64,000 nt of DNA from Laetmonice hystrix. Taxonomy: Eukaryota. Shown here one piece after another: positions 44,743 to 59,700 of this stretch; the stretch's first letter is position 1; each line of letters opens with the position of its first letter. The position numbers were made by a program, and so were the translations under genes. The stretch spans positions 4,836,001-4,900,000 of the forward strand of contig OZ249441.1 in assembly GCA_965235115.1 (NCBI GenBank), written 5' to 3'. The notes under the pieces are model-generated. The model saw only the letters and a program-made list of their open reading frames with translations. It did no database searches and was not told the origin of the DNA.

Positions 44743-47700
44743 ATGAACATTGTCAGTATTGAGGAGTGCGAGCTGCTTGGCGACTCCAAGTACCGTGCGT
44801 ACATCTCACAGGTGGAGAAAGCTCTCAGGAACTTTGAGAGCACAAGTGAATGGGCAGACCTCATATCAGCTCTGGGCAAGCTGAACAAGGTGAGTGACTA
44901 CCAAAGAAAAAAAAACGCCAAAAAAGAAAAGAATTTTTTGAGGTACCTGTACAGTACAGGGATGGTTGATTCTTATTGCCCCGCAATGACCAGTCAATCA
45001 AATGTTTCGTTGAACCTAGCAGATTACATATACAGTAGTACCATGGCAATTACATGGACTTAAAAACCAATCTATGAAATTCTTTGGGCAGTTGATTTCA
45101 GAGAACAGCAATTTGAGCAAATGGAATTTTACAGCCCAGATTGAAAAGTGGGTTGAGTTAACAATTATAAAAGATCATTACCATCAGTACCATCACCAAG
45201 TTGTTTTCTACAGGTTCTCATGAGCCATGTGAAGTATGCAGTGATCCCAAAGCGTGTGACCATTGGGAAGCGTCTGGCCCAGTGTTTGCATCCAGCACTC
45301 CCGTCAGGGGTCCATCTCAAGGCCCTGGAGACCTACGACATCATCTTTAAGTGTGTCGGCACCCAAAGGCTGGCGGCAGACCTCTTCACGTACAGCGCTG
45401 GCCTGTTCCCATTGTTGGCATATGCAGCCATGAATGTAAAACCAGTCCTGTTGGCCCTGTATGAGACCCATTTTGTGTCACTTGGACGTTACATTAAACC
45501 AGGCCTGACCGGGCTCCTCCTGGGTCTACTTCCTGGTCTGGAGGAGGGATCTGAACACTTTGACAGGTGGGCACTACTTTAGTTTTGGTTCATGTTAGCC
45601 CTGATACCATGTCGGCTTATATAGTACTCTATATAGTCTGGCAGTAGACATACATCTGTCTAGGAAAAAGGGAATCAAAATTTTGAATGTAACAAGCAAA
45701 GTAAGCATGTGGAACTTTACTGTGTTCATAATCGTTCACCAAGTCATAAGCTAACATCCTTGGCTTTGTTACATTTTTTTTTGCTCATTTTTGAGTAAGC
45801 TCCCTATTGTTTACTTTTTGTCACTGTTTAACAGGACCAGTAAGTTACTGGGAGACTTCTGCGAGGCAACAGAACCAGCCTTTTTCTACGGTTGTCTCTG
45901 GGAGTGTGTACTCACTGTGCCAGGGGTCAGGCTGGCTGCCATCAATTTTGTCGTCTCCAACTTCAATAAGAAACGGTCCATGGAAGATCAGCTCTACTTC
46001 ATGGGTACAAACATAGACGTCCTGGTGAGTAACACAGAGTCAGTGCTATAGTCAGTCAAATCAAACTGGTTCCATGACAAACATAGACGTCCTGGTGAGT
46101 AGCACAGAGTCAGTGCTATAGTCAGTCAAATCAAACTGGTTCCATGACAAACATAGACGTCCTGGTGAGTAACACAGAGTCAGTGCTATAGTCAGTCCTG
46201 GTGAGTAACACAGAGTCAGTGCTATAGTCAGTCAAATCAAACTGGTTCCATGACAAACATAGACGTCCTGGTGAGTAACACAGAGTCAGTGCTATAGTCA
46301 GTCCTGGTGAGTAACACAGAGTCAGTGCTATAGTCAGTCCTGGTGAGTAACACAGAGTCAGTGCTATAGTCAGTCAAATCAAACTGGTTCCATGACAAAC
46401 ATAGACGTCCTGGTGAGTAACACAGAGTCAGTGCTATAGTCAGTCCTGGTGAGTAACACAGAGTCAGTGCTATAGTCAGTCAAATCAAACTGGTTCCATG
46501 ACAAACATAGACGTCCTGGTGAGTAACACAGAGTCAGTGCTATAGTCAGTCAAATCAAACTGGTTCCATGACAAACATAGACGTCCTGGTGAGTAACACA
46601 GAGTCAGTGCTATAGTCAGTCAAATCAAACTGGTTCCATGACAAACATAGACGTCCTGGTGAGTAACACAGAGTCAGTGCTATAGTCAGTCCTGGTGAGT
46701 AACACAGAGTCAGTGCTATAGTCAGTCAAATCAAACTGGTTCCATGACAAACATAGACGTCCTGGTGAGTAACACAGAGTCAGTGCTATAGTCAGTCAAA
46801 TCAAACTGGTTCCATGACAAACATAGACGTCCTGGTGAGTAACACAGAGTATAGTCAGTCAATCAAACTGGTTCCATGAGAATGTAATGCACTGAAACCC
46901 CCAGACTGACTAGTAAAAGTCATGCAGCACTAATTCAAGACTGGACTCAAAAATTGTTACTTTTTTTTCCAGCTTAACCATTGAGTGAGTGAAATACTTG
47001 TTGTGTACAGAGGTACGTTTTACTGCAGGCTTGTCCCAGTATTGAGTTTGAGATATTGTCGTGTGTTTCAGGTGGAGGCTATGTGTAACTCCATCCAGGA
47101 CACGAGCGTGTTGGTACAGCGGTCAGCCCTTGACTTGCTGCTGATCGGCTTCCCCATGCACAACAGCCAGTTAACGCGGCCAGACATGGCCATCCTAGCC
47201 ACGGCGGCCATCAAGGCTGTCCTCCGCAGGGACATGTCTCTTAACAGGTATTAAATACCATTCATCCTCCGCTGATTTATTTTTGAAGCCAGCATGACAA
47301 GTTCTCTAGACTTTCTATGATGTTCAGTCTCAAAGACGTACCTAATCATTTCATGTTATTTGATTAGGGAACCCACTGATATTTCCTTAAGGTATTATGT
47401 TTGTAAAACAATGGCCTTTTTTCCCATTCTTGTTAATCTTTGCCTGATCTACAGACGTCTGTATGCCTGGCTGCTTGGCACCGATGCGAGTGGGAACCCA
47501 CTCTCAGTGCCTGCGAGCATGATGCCCGTCACAGCCCGTGACCGCACTGACAGCACAAGTACCACCAGCGAACCTGAACTGGCCTACTTCAACACTTTCT
47601 CCAAAACTCTGCTCGTCAGTGGCATCCGCACCTGCATCCAAGAGGCGACCAAGAGCGATGCTGTGATAGATGGGAAGCCTGCGAACCTGCGACCATTCCG

Positions 47701-50700
47701 GATATTGATAAGTTTGTTAGATAAACCAGAGATCGGCGCTGCCATCCTGGAGGATGTTCTAATTGATGTATTCCGACACATGTATCGAGAGTGTGAAGCG
47801 TTAAACACTGACTCGGGAGAGGGTACCAGGACCACCAGTGGCGCCCTGTATGAGGCAGTGGCCAATCTCCGAATTAAAAAGGTATATTTTTAGGAGCATG
47901 GGAGAAGAATGTATGTGAAATCTCATTTATAAAGTAACCTTCTCTTTCTTTTTTTCCTTTCTTTTGGTATTCTCAATAGACATTACAAGGAGAGGAATAG
48001 AAAAGTGCATTTATTCAAAGCTAACATTTCAGGAATATGGATATTGCATTTTTTGTGGATACCTTAAATTTTCTTGCTTGGAATCTTTTGCTGTGAAAGG
48101 CCGGAATGTTTTACAATACTTTCTGTAATGAAATACTTCCAGGCCAAAGACCCAAAACAGCGCAAGGAGGAGAAGGTGGTCACAAGTGAAATAATCAAGA
48201 CAGCAAACCTATTGTTTGGAGCCTTTGAGCCATACTTCATGTGGGACTTTTTGGCCCGAACCTTTGAGGGCGTGTGCAGGGACACGGGAAGCAAGGACTC
48301 TGGGATCAGTAAAGACATAAATTCAACTGGTGCCGTTCCTGTAACACTCACCGAATTGTGTAGTCTCATTGAATTCCTGCTCGACAAAGTAGCACTGGTA
48401 TGTCATGTTATCAATAAATAATAAGTTAAAGTTTACTTAACCTTGAATTAACATTGAGAGGTTGACGTTGTATTGATGATATGACTCTCTGCATGATTAT
48501 GTTTAGTTACGGTTATTTAGTACCTTTTTGTTTAGATGTATGAACCAGAAGGAATTATTGGTTCTGAGGATTAAATAAAAAAAGAGAAAATTTTGTAAAT
48601 ATAATGAAAAAGAAGTGGCATTTGAAAGTACATGTGTGACTTGAAAATGAATTTATACTTATTTAATTTTGTAGGAGACATATACTGAGACCCAGACCCA
48701 GCATTTACCGGAGCTACTGCGTCAGATCACGATGGCCCTCTGCACCCACTGTCCACGTCTGTCTGAGGATGAACTCGTACATGGACTCCGACTCTGTGCA
48801 AAACTTCTCACTCGAGTATTACCCTCAATGACCCCACTCAGTGGAGGTACCAGTGATGTGGACAGTCGCTTCAGCTCCCCATCTAGAACATTCTCCAAGT
48901 TGGCGTCACTGGATCGGTACCGAAACGTCAACACGTTTGAGTCAGACATTGACACTGAGACAATGATGAGTGAAAGCGAGGTGTATGTGAGCGCTGACAG
49001 TGACAACGATGGTGGACCTGAGAGTTCGTCAAACTCTGCTGCCATCAATAACATCATGGACGCAGCCAAACAGGAAACCACTTCTTTCTCTGACTTTGTC
49101 CAGTATGACGACAACAAAAGTGAAACTTTTCCCACGTCTAAAATGTCGCCAAACCCTTCACCAAAACATGAGGCTAAAGGTTCTGTTGCAAACACAAGTG
49201 TAACAGAGTGCAGCGACCTCTCTGCTCCAGAAGGCATTGAGACTCTGATGCAGGCTTGTGTGCAGTGTTTCCAACAGTTCTTCTGTACACTGGTGAGGAG
49301 TTGGATCGTAAGTGATACAGATGTATCTAACATGTTGGCCACCCAGATTCACATGTCTCCAGGTACCTCCCTATCATCTGACCTCCCACGGCTCCAGGTG
49401 CCACCACCTTCACCACAACATGCACATCTCTACTCCATGGTGGGTTTACTATAAGTACATTTAGTATTATACCAGATATAGTTCAGCCAGTTTTCCTATT
49501 TTTTCAAAGAGGTTTTTTTAAAAACATGAGATATATTTACAGATATCATGCACTGAATGTAATCTACCATCACATTATAAAAGGTCTTGCAGTTTGTTGG
49601 GATTTAGCCCTAAAGGATGATGCCAAAATTTATCCTCCAGTTTCTGCTTGCCATGCAGAACTTTCAATATATGAGTACCAGATACAGAGACCCTATTGAT
49701 TGGTTGCAGGTTAACATCATTGCGGGCGAGGTGAGGTACACAGAGGATTGTAGTACCCCAGGTGGACAGTGTGAGGAAGTCAGGGTACTACCACTCGATG
49801 ACCTATCGCCAGGCCTAGCACGAGCCTTCTCCTGTGCCTGCCAACTACTGGTGGATTTCTCTTGCTTCCCCATGTACTGCACCAATTATCACAAGGTGCT
49901 CTTCTCGTCCTTCAGGAAAGGTACGCTCAGTTGTCTTCTTGGCAAGTAAGAAAAATGGGGCTGGAATGGTGATTTATTTTCTTACAGTGTAAAAAATTTT
50001 TCCCTTCATGTATTTTCACTATTTCCCCATTAGAGGGTAATTCAGTAGTACTGTTTATAAACAATCAAAACGGGGCACAATATAATGGGTATCATGGTTG
50101 TACATTGTGTGATGCACAATCTGAATTGTCTCTGATCTATTCCAAGCCCTGACTTAAAAGAGTAGCCACTGCACTAGTCCGTGTAAGACACGGCAGGCAG
50201 TACAAAATCTTTAAATTAATGGGCTGAGGTTAACGCATCATGTTTTTCTGATCTTTTTCTTTCAGAAAAGGATGTAGCGTTTCCAGACTGGCTACAGTTA
50301 CTGCTGACGTGTGCATGTTTTGTCAGTAATTTCCCCATCCAGAGTGCAGCCATCTCGACCCTATTGGACCTGATTAGTCTGACCCAGTCAGTGATTACTG
50401 AGGCAGAGATTAAAGAACCAGATGAAACTGATGGTGATGACTCGGTATCGTCTCCACGATCTCTAAGTGAAGGCACCGTATCGGTGGTCATTGTGCCATC
50501 CTTCTCACCGTACCATCTCAAGTACCTCAACACCAAGACCAACTTCTACAGGGTATAGCAGCTTATTGCAGGGATATTAAACAACATGGAAGAGTTAAAA
50601 AAACAAGATTTACTCAATTCTAAAGTAACCAAGTGAATGGGATCAATTTTTAAGAAAGTCAATCAAATGCAAAATTTGTTTCTTTTTCCCAAAGCTTCAC

Positions 50701-53700
50701 AAAATATATTTTTACGTTTAAGGTACTTTATTGTATGGTTTAAGGAAAGTAAAACAAATTTTACACTTGCCGTAGCTTTCCATATTTCCCCATTCACTCC
50801 TCCTTCTCTGTCCACTTTAACCTCCAGATTGTATCGACACACCTGTGGAACTATCTGGGTGAGATGACACCGGTGTATCACCAACGGAGTGTGGACCTGC
50901 TCTACCAACTCCATCAACTCGCTCCCACACCCTGGGTCTGTGAGGACGTCATTGGCAATGCTCTGCTCTCAGACAACAAGGTAAAATTTTACCTGCTAGG
51001 ATGGGGACAGGATAGACCCTGGTTTATAACGTCAAACCAGTTGTGGTTGGCAAAGTGCTCATTTCATTGATTACAAAGTTATGCAAAGCTACCGAGTTGG
51101 GTCGTTAAAACAGACTTGTGGTTGTTTTTATTGTTTTTTTTCTGTTCAATAACACTGAATTTCTCAGCCTAAATTGCACTGGCTAATCTTTTTCAGAGTG
51201 TGTATTTCTTCTTTCAATAGACCCTGGTGAATTATGGCAGTAATTGTTGGACTTGGTGCAGAGATGATGGTTTTGTAACTTCAAATCTATCCAAACTATT
51301 TGTTGGTTACTCTTTTCTAAAATTGTTAATTACACATGTTCATTCCACATTTATGAACTGGGCTCATTTGGTTAAAAAGACATGATCTTTAGACAAGAAT
51401 TTCATAAGACGAGGCAAAGAGCCAACCTTCCTTCCCAAAGATGCAACCTTGACTGGTTCAAACATACAAATATATTCTACCTAGGAACGGAAAAACAAAT
51501 CTTTAGACAACAAACCTGTTGAATCAGTTGTTGTGGCATGTAGACTGGCAATAATTGGACTCACACTAAAAGCAGAAGTGTTTGAATGTCGCTGCTTTTT
51601 CCTAACTGCAGACCACTGATCGAAAGCATGGAACCATCGTATGTTTGTTTTCAAAAGCTTAATGTACACTATTTTGTTTCACACACCATCAGTGTGATCC
51701 CGAGTGTCATTATTGATGCTGTGATCTGTCTGAACATGTCTACACATACTCGTAGAATGGTAAACCTTCATATTTCACAGCCACCATTGTTACACATCCA
51801 CAATAGTGAAATGAAACTTGTAGATAAGTCCTGTGAATTTGTAAATGGAAGTTTGTGAATCGCACTGTTGTTCAGACATCCTAGGTCAGTCCCACACCTG
51901 TGCTAGCCTTTTGTCTTCATTGTTGTGGGAACAGGTTAGTGGACTGACCATCCAGTGTGTCAGGTACACCTTACATCTTAATGTAAATGTTAAATCCTGT
52001 CCCCACTAAAAATAATTTTGTCTTCTTTCTAGCATTCAATTTGAGATGATTCCATATAGAGCTGCATTGAGTCATTTTTTATTGTACCCAAAATATCAAA
52101 ATATTGTCTCAAAAACATGCAGTAAGAACAGAGAAAGGTTGTGTCCCATGATGACACTCAATATCATCACAGGAAGGCTGACATTGCTTGTGTGTTTTAT
52201 CATTCAGAGCATCCGCCTGTCGGCACATAAAAAGTTTGCTGTGTTGTGGCACCTGCTCCGAGAACAGCAGCACAGCGCCAACCCGAATGTTCCTCCAAGG
52301 ATGTTTGACAGGTGAGTCCGGAACCCCTCACATTATGAAAGTTCAGAAAACCAATGACTAGGGAAGGGCGGGAGCATATGGTTTGTGTAATAAAACATCC
52401 ATACACCTATAACCTAATATTCAGGGAAATTTGATTTTATGATGCAACCTATTTGAATACAGTCAGTGAGGAAACCAGAATTCTGTGCACAGTCGTTTTT
52501 CCTGTGGCTAATAGTTGAAGTAAAGGTTATAAATGTATCTGAAAGGTATGATTAAAAGTGTGCTCCATACCTTGATTCCATAGCATTGAGTTTGTATAGT
52601 TTAGGCCAATTTTTAGAACAACCATGTGATTTGTTTTTGTGATTGTGGCAGGTCAATGTTCCTGATGCTGGACAGTCTACAGAGCGACGTTAACCCGTGC
52701 CGTGCCTTGACCCAGACATGGCTTACCCATGCCATTCAGCGGGGCGATATAGCACGAGTGTTAGAACCCGTTTTAATGATGCTTCTTCACCCAGATACTG
52801 CAAGGTATTAGTATAATCACAATTATCCAATCAGGGGCTGATCACTCTAAGAGTAGGGCTTTCACCAAGAGCAGATATGTTGGTCAGGAAAATTAATATA
52901 TTGTTGTTACTTAATAAATTTGCAGGATTTCTATCCAGCATGTCAACATACACGAGCCCCGTAAGGTACGCATCTCCCAGAGCACCATGGATACGGAGCG
53001 GGCAGAGACAAAGATCTATGCCATTAGCAGCGAAGGTGGAAATATCATTTACCACGTCAGCAACCAAGGGAAGCCATTTTCAAACCGAACATCAGAGGAG
53101 CTGCGAACATATGCCCTTACCACTATAGCAGAAGGGGCCTCCGGCACCAAACTAGCGCGGCCCAGGGGAGACATGGACTTACCCTTTGAAAGGGTCAGCA
53201 CCAGTAACCTAAATCTAAGGGTTAACCCCTTTGGTTCGGAGAGTTCCCTGGACAAGGTCATCTTTGATGGCTATGAGCCCCCTCCCCAGGTGGCTAATAT
53301 ACACAATGTGAAGAGGCTAACTGCAGAGACATGTAAAAAGGAAGGGATTTATTTTGATGATCTTGACGACACGGAGGAAGCTCAGGAGGCCACGGAGGAA
53401 CTCTCACAGAAAGTACTGGAGGAACAGCACGCAAAGGACACGCAGCGAGTTGATGACGCTCAAATGTCTGGGGAACCTGAACAGACTTCCAAACCACACG
53501 AAGTTGAAGAATCTGAGCACATCGTGGAATCTGAAGTTGGGGAGGCAGGTTGCATAGAGGGGGTGGAAAAGGAGACCCCTGAAGAGATAGTGGCATTGGT
53601 GCTATCTGAGCTCATCCAGCAGATAGTACAGGAGGAAGAAGACAGCCGTGTGGTGCTCCAGGTGACACGGGATGCAGATGTTGACATGCAGTTGGGCAGC

Positions 53701-56700
53701 TCAGACAACCTCAAGGACAGCGTCAGCACAGAGAACGGGTCAGATTCTGGACAGGTGCGTCACAGAATCTTGAGCACTCAGTCCAAAGACAGTATGAACA
53801 TGAGCCCAGAGGAGCTCCTCAATGCAATCGACAGCAAGGTGTCCGAGGCTGATGCCTTTTCCGAGGTGGACACTGACATGGAAGCCTCCAAGGGATCTGG
53901 GGAAGAAATTCCTGGCGTTCACCCTCTCCACACTCACATCCTGCTGTACTCCCAGAAGTATGACGCTCAGAGGACGCTGTATGCTCTGACATGTCTGAAG
54001 GCAATCATTACGTCCACCCCAAGGCTGGTTACTTGTGCCATGGCCACCACCAGCATCACCAATGTTCGCACCCCTCAACACACCCGACTCCAACACCTCC
54101 TTGCCCGCCACCGACGCTCCGTCTTCGGCAAGAATTTCTTCAGTGAGATCCCCGGCGACGCCCTCCTCGGCTACCGCAGCAGTATGTATGTGGAGATTCT
54201 TATCTCTGTCTCCCTGTACTATATCCGCAGTTACTATCCCAACCTCATGATGAGCAAGCTGACAGAGAGCGAGCTCAATGGCAACAAAGAAGTTCAGATA
54301 CTCAGCTGTGAAATCCTCACCCTACTGTTGTCCGAGCTCGTCAATGTAGCCAAAGATAGCGGTAAGGGTTTCTCTACGTATATCGGGGATCTCCTATCAA
54401 GGTGTAAAGTACAGAAGGCTCTCCTGCACTGCCTGCTGGCCAGCGTGTACAACGCCCGCCAGAAACCAGCCAATCACTCCTCCAGTCAGAACCTGACTGA
54501 AGCTATCATCAGCTTTAATGAGGAAAACATGGATGCTAACACAAACGAGACATTCCAAATAAAACTGCTGAAACTTGTCCTTGTCTTGATACTCCTGGAG
54601 GACCAGATCCGAAAGGCAAAGACCGAGACGGAAGGCGGCACCCTGCTGCCACCTGAGTGGGACAAGTTGCGAGTCAACTTCCAGCAAACATTAACAAGCG
54701 TGAGGTACCTGCAGTCACGGCCGATCGTCCACCAAGGGATGATGCTGTCAGCTATACTCAGCGCCCTCAAACAGCGGCATCTGTCCCACATGCACAGGCA
54801 CTGGATTGCCATGGTAACCAGCAGTCTGCCGTACCTGAACCGGGCACTTAGTCACACCGTGGTCACAACTGTCAACCAACTGTGCCAGAATCTCGAGATG
54901 CTGGCTGGTGGTTACGAGCTGGGAGCAGACCATTACAGGTATGTCATTTCATCATCCAATGATTACTTACAAACTGTATTTTAACACTTACAATTCCCTT
55001 CCACGTTACTGCCATGGTGTCCAAGAGATGATGCTAACCGTTGTTCTACCACTCCTAGCTGTGCACTCTCTCGACATTCCGTCTCGGTTCTCGTGCTGTG
55101 ATCTTGGGCCACACACTGAAAATCATGTTTAAACTCTTAGTCAACATCAAGACCGAATGATATTTACAGTAAATACAAAAGTTGTCAGTGAGAAGTTGTT
55201 ATTACAGAACTGTTTTTTTTTCACAGTGTTATAGGCACAATGCCAGACAAGGTACCGCCAGACCACCTCGTTACCCTGCTGGAAGGCTTGACCACCATCT
55301 GTCACTACTGTATATTAGACGCCAGTCAACAGGACATCACCATCGGTCAGCACATGCCCACATCCAGCAACAACATTGTCAATGACACGGCCACCGCTGG
55401 GCAGATTCTTAGTAATCTCATCCATGTCTTCAACCCCTACAGTAACAACAGGGTAAGTGGTAGCCACAAATATCAACTAGCAACCGTATCTCTAGGAAAA
55501 CTACTCCCTTCAAGATTTTAATATTTCAGTCATGACATTATAATTTTTGTAAAGTTATAATTTTGTTTGGTTTCTATATGCAAAGGTTTTATTTAGTCTA
55601 CCTTAATCTCCCATATAACAGGTGAATTTGTTTTATGGTGGACAGGTAGGCTGACCTTCTTTAGGCCAACACATTTACTGCAACGTGGCATGGCACAGGG
55701 ATGAGATTGTTCCACCAATCGGCAGATTTCAACCGTATTTTGTGCTACCATGCAATGTGTTTCCGTTTTTATAACGATCACTCCATCTCATCCCTGATGG
55801 CAGCAAAGCAACAGTCATAATGCAGTTTCCATAACAAGTTTGTTGCCACTGTTACATACATATTGTTTCAAAAGTTCTGAAACTGTTCGAACATCTCTGA
55901 CACATGGCAGATCATTGTCATAGCAACAAACCATGTAGTTGCAGTGTGTGTTGGTCACTGTAACCATTGCAAACTTAGTTCTTTCTTTTGGTTTCGATGT
56001 CCAGTCATTGATTTATTGAAGAGTTATTATTTTAAAGGCTATGTATACCGTATGTTGTACACATCATTGTTTCAGATCATTGACTCTTTGAGGGTTTGTA
56101 TTCATGTTTTGTCGCCTGTGTCCTGTCTCACCATGATCTGGGCCCCAGTCTTTATTTACCCGGTATTGCCGAAAGCCTACACACAGTTTATCAGAGTCGC
56201 AGTATTTGCTGAAGTTTGACTGGATGCTCCTGCCTTGGTGCCTTGTGATGAGTTTCTAGTAAAAATTACCATCTGCCTCCTTTGTCCTGGTAATCAATTG
56301 TTAGAATTTGAAAGTGACGTGACTTTAGTGGACTTTGAGCATCCCCTGTATCAAATCTTCTTAAGATTCTCATACTATTTGTTGAAACCTCTGAATGTAC
56401 AACCAAAATAACACCTTTATGTTAATTTTCAGTTTAAATAGTCACAGTCTGAATTCAATTACTAACATTTAATTTTGTCATCCCTGAGTAAGGATGTCAT
56501 CAGAACTTTGGACTCTTGCCCCTAGATGGCGTTTTTATGGGAACTGATGTTATATAGACGTCACAGATAAAAATGTTGATTTGAAAAATTTAATATGGCT
56601 CTCCAAGAAACTAACATTTATAATGTTCAGATGAAACTTTTTGAACATCTAAAATCGAGAGTTCCGACACAGACTTTTCTTTGTCCCATACGTCCCCATT

Positions 56701-59700
56701 TGTATTATGTTGTGATTGACGGTAATTTATTGACTAGACAAACATTATTATGTCCCAGGGTGAGACTGGGCACGGTTGTATCACTCTGCTCACTGCAAAT
56801 CTCATTAATACAGTAACAGCTCATCCAGTATGAGGCTTGGTTTCACGCAGTGCCGAAGCTTTGCATTCAGCACTGGGTACAGACGTTTGATATGAAATAA
56901 CTGATTGAGTGTTTGGAGAGAGACGAATACTGGTAATTTACTGGCATGGCGTGTTCGCATTCCAATTTAAAAAATATTTTTCACAGGTGGACTAGAAAAG
57001 GTTATACTTTACCAAAGCTAGAATTCTGCAACATGACATATTTGTTGCATGACTCATTTAGTGTTAGAAGTTTAGTGTTCTAAATCCTAGGCTGTAAACG
57101 TATTGAGATTTGCAGTTTATGTGTTGGTTGGATAGGGGTGGGGGGTAACATTTTATTGTGCTCCTATGATTGTGTAAGGTTGTGTGACGTGTGTGGACAT
57201 TGGAAGTAGCATGGCCATGGTTTTATGAATTGTGACAACAATTCATGACTCATTTCTTTGCTAGGTGCATAGTGGTTTACCCAGTAGACGTAAGGAAATA
57301 TTAAGGGCATTTTACAGTTAAAATGGATCTTGGATAGGCTTACAGAGGAGGAAGATTTAAGAAGGTGTGCAAGTTCCATTGAAATATCAATGAAACCTGT
57401 TGAAAAAGTGTTAACATGCCAGTCTAAACCACTGACTATGAGACTAGACTTGGATGAGAGTTGTTTTGGCACACAGCAAAAGTATAAGGATTTCCATAAT
57501 ATACAGCCTTTCCTTTCATAAAAGTTCATTCTATATATTTCCAAAATAAGATAAGATATAATTTTCCAAATAATAAAGTAGAAACGAGACCTAGAGTCTG
57601 TGAAGTCACTGGTTTCAGCACTTCTCTTCAGCTTATGATTTCACTTGGCCGCAACACCTGTAAACTGTAGAATGGTCCGTACCGATAGAGGATTCTCTTA
57701 TCATTCAGTGCACTTGGAATTTCACAAAAAGACAAAGTTACATTGTTGCAACTATTGTAATCATGTTGCTTTGGAATTTCTGTTGCAGTTAGTCTAAAAT
57801 TAGGTTCCTGAGGCTAAGCTTTGAGGCTGTGCCTTAAGTTGTATTAATATGGTTGAGTCCTGCATAAGATTTGGAAACACTGCAGTAACATCACTTGCCG
57901 TGTTTTATGAGATCCTGTTAATATTTACCTGAGAAATACAATTATTAGATGTTTTTCCCAGGCCTTGGTCTACATTGTGAGTTATCTTTTGATTTATTGA
58001 TTGGTTAACTGTCAGGAGCCGAGCCCTGCCAAGGAGGTGACCAACCTGGTTCCTCCAGTGATGGAGGCACGGCGTAACCTCCTGAGCATCCTACCCCGGA
58101 TCTTGGCCAGCCTAACGGCACTGTGGAAGGCAATCAACATATCAGAGGCTAAGCACTCATCCGGTCAGCAGCAGGCCTGGTGGACTCTCGGCAGCCCCAA
58201 GGTAGGTGTCCACCTTCCCTTCTTCAGCTCAGTCTAGGAACCAAAAACTAACTCCTCGGTTCATCAGCTCATCAGGGCATGGTGACGTTCAGAGTGTGCG
58301 AGGGAGCAGAATTCTGACACTCGATTTGTAGAGAGCCAGGAGTCGTAAGTGCATTAGAAGCAGGGTAGCTGCCAACCCAAGGAACCCAGCCAGTCAGCAG
58401 GTCATGGCATAATTTGTAGGTCCTTATGACTGGTGTAAGATTCATTACTTGATATAAACAGGCTGGCGGCTGCTGCCAACCCAAGGAACCCAGCCAGTCA
58501 GCAGGTCATGGCATAATTTGTAGGTCCTTATGACTGGTGTAAGATTCATTACTTGATATAAACAGGCTGGCGGCTGCTGCCAACCCAAGGAACCCAGCCA
58601 GTCAGCAGGTCATCACATAATTTGTAGGTCCTTATGACTGGTGTAAGATTCATTACTTGATATAAACAGGTTGGCTGCTGCCAACCCAAGGAACCCAGCC
58701 AGTCAGCAGGTCATCACATAATTTGCAGGTCCTTATGACTGGTGTAAGATTCATTACTTGATATAAACAGGCTGGCTGTATTTATTGCATTGCTGATTAT
58801 TCTGATGTCCATATGTTGGTGTGTCATTGCAGACTGTTCGCCAGTACATCCTGGAGTTTGTCAGTCCTATTTCTCGACACCACGGCGTCAACATGCTCGG
58901 TGCTGTGGCTGTCGTCTGGAATGATCGCAGACAGAGGCGACCAGCTGGCGGGAAAAAGGTACGGTCCCTCAGCTCAAAAACACCAAGCTGCCTTTAAACA
59001 TCGACTTCTTCATCGTTAATGTAACAGTTGTGTACTACTGCCCCGATGTATGCAATTCCTGGTTTGTAATTGATGTTAAGTGAGCAGGGGTCTAAGCCTT
59101 TGGCTCATGGTCACCAAGCGTTGTATTTCTTGGGTTATCTCTGACATGGCTCACCTGAAAAAGTTTATCAGTTCCTTTCAAGGTCAGTTGTTTTTGCTGA
59201 ATACTCCAGTTTTCTAAGTCTAACAGACCAGGTTGATATGACCCTGGCTGTTGCTGATGACCGGTATAGTGACTGCTGACTGCCATGTTGTTGTTGAAGG
59301 TGATTCCTGTGGCGTGCCCTGACCAACTGCTCCTGGTAGAACTTGTCGGAGCCATCAAGGTACTGCCCACTGACACCCTCATGCAAACAGTCCGCCAAGT
59401 CATCAAACAACCGCCACCCACCAACCTGGACAAAAACCGGGTAAGTCAACCCAGTCTGTCTCTGCACCTAGTTGGCAGATGGGACGGGGGACTGAGGCTT
59501 TGGCAGGGTAGAACTGCCTGCCAGAAGCTTGTCACTTGGAGGTGGAAACTTGAAGAAATGGAAAAATGTCTGCTTTATGTTTGTGCGCACTCTGGCTGTG
59601 TAGGGGATTGTAGAAATCAGCAGGCTTGCTTTCTATCTGATCACATGTAAGAATCTTGACTTGCTGAAAATGATAAGATCTGTAGAGTTATGTTCAAAGC

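Noticed and set aside
48722-54933. Minus-strand ORFs of up to 206 aa opposite DOP1 exons
   Set aside because: They are antisense shadows of coding exons.
57318-57521. Possible extra DOP1 exon (tttacag|[16 protein letters not shown]...)
   Set aside because: It has an in-phase acceptor but no convincing phase-0 donor, and no DOP1 similarity. The flanking exons already join in frame.
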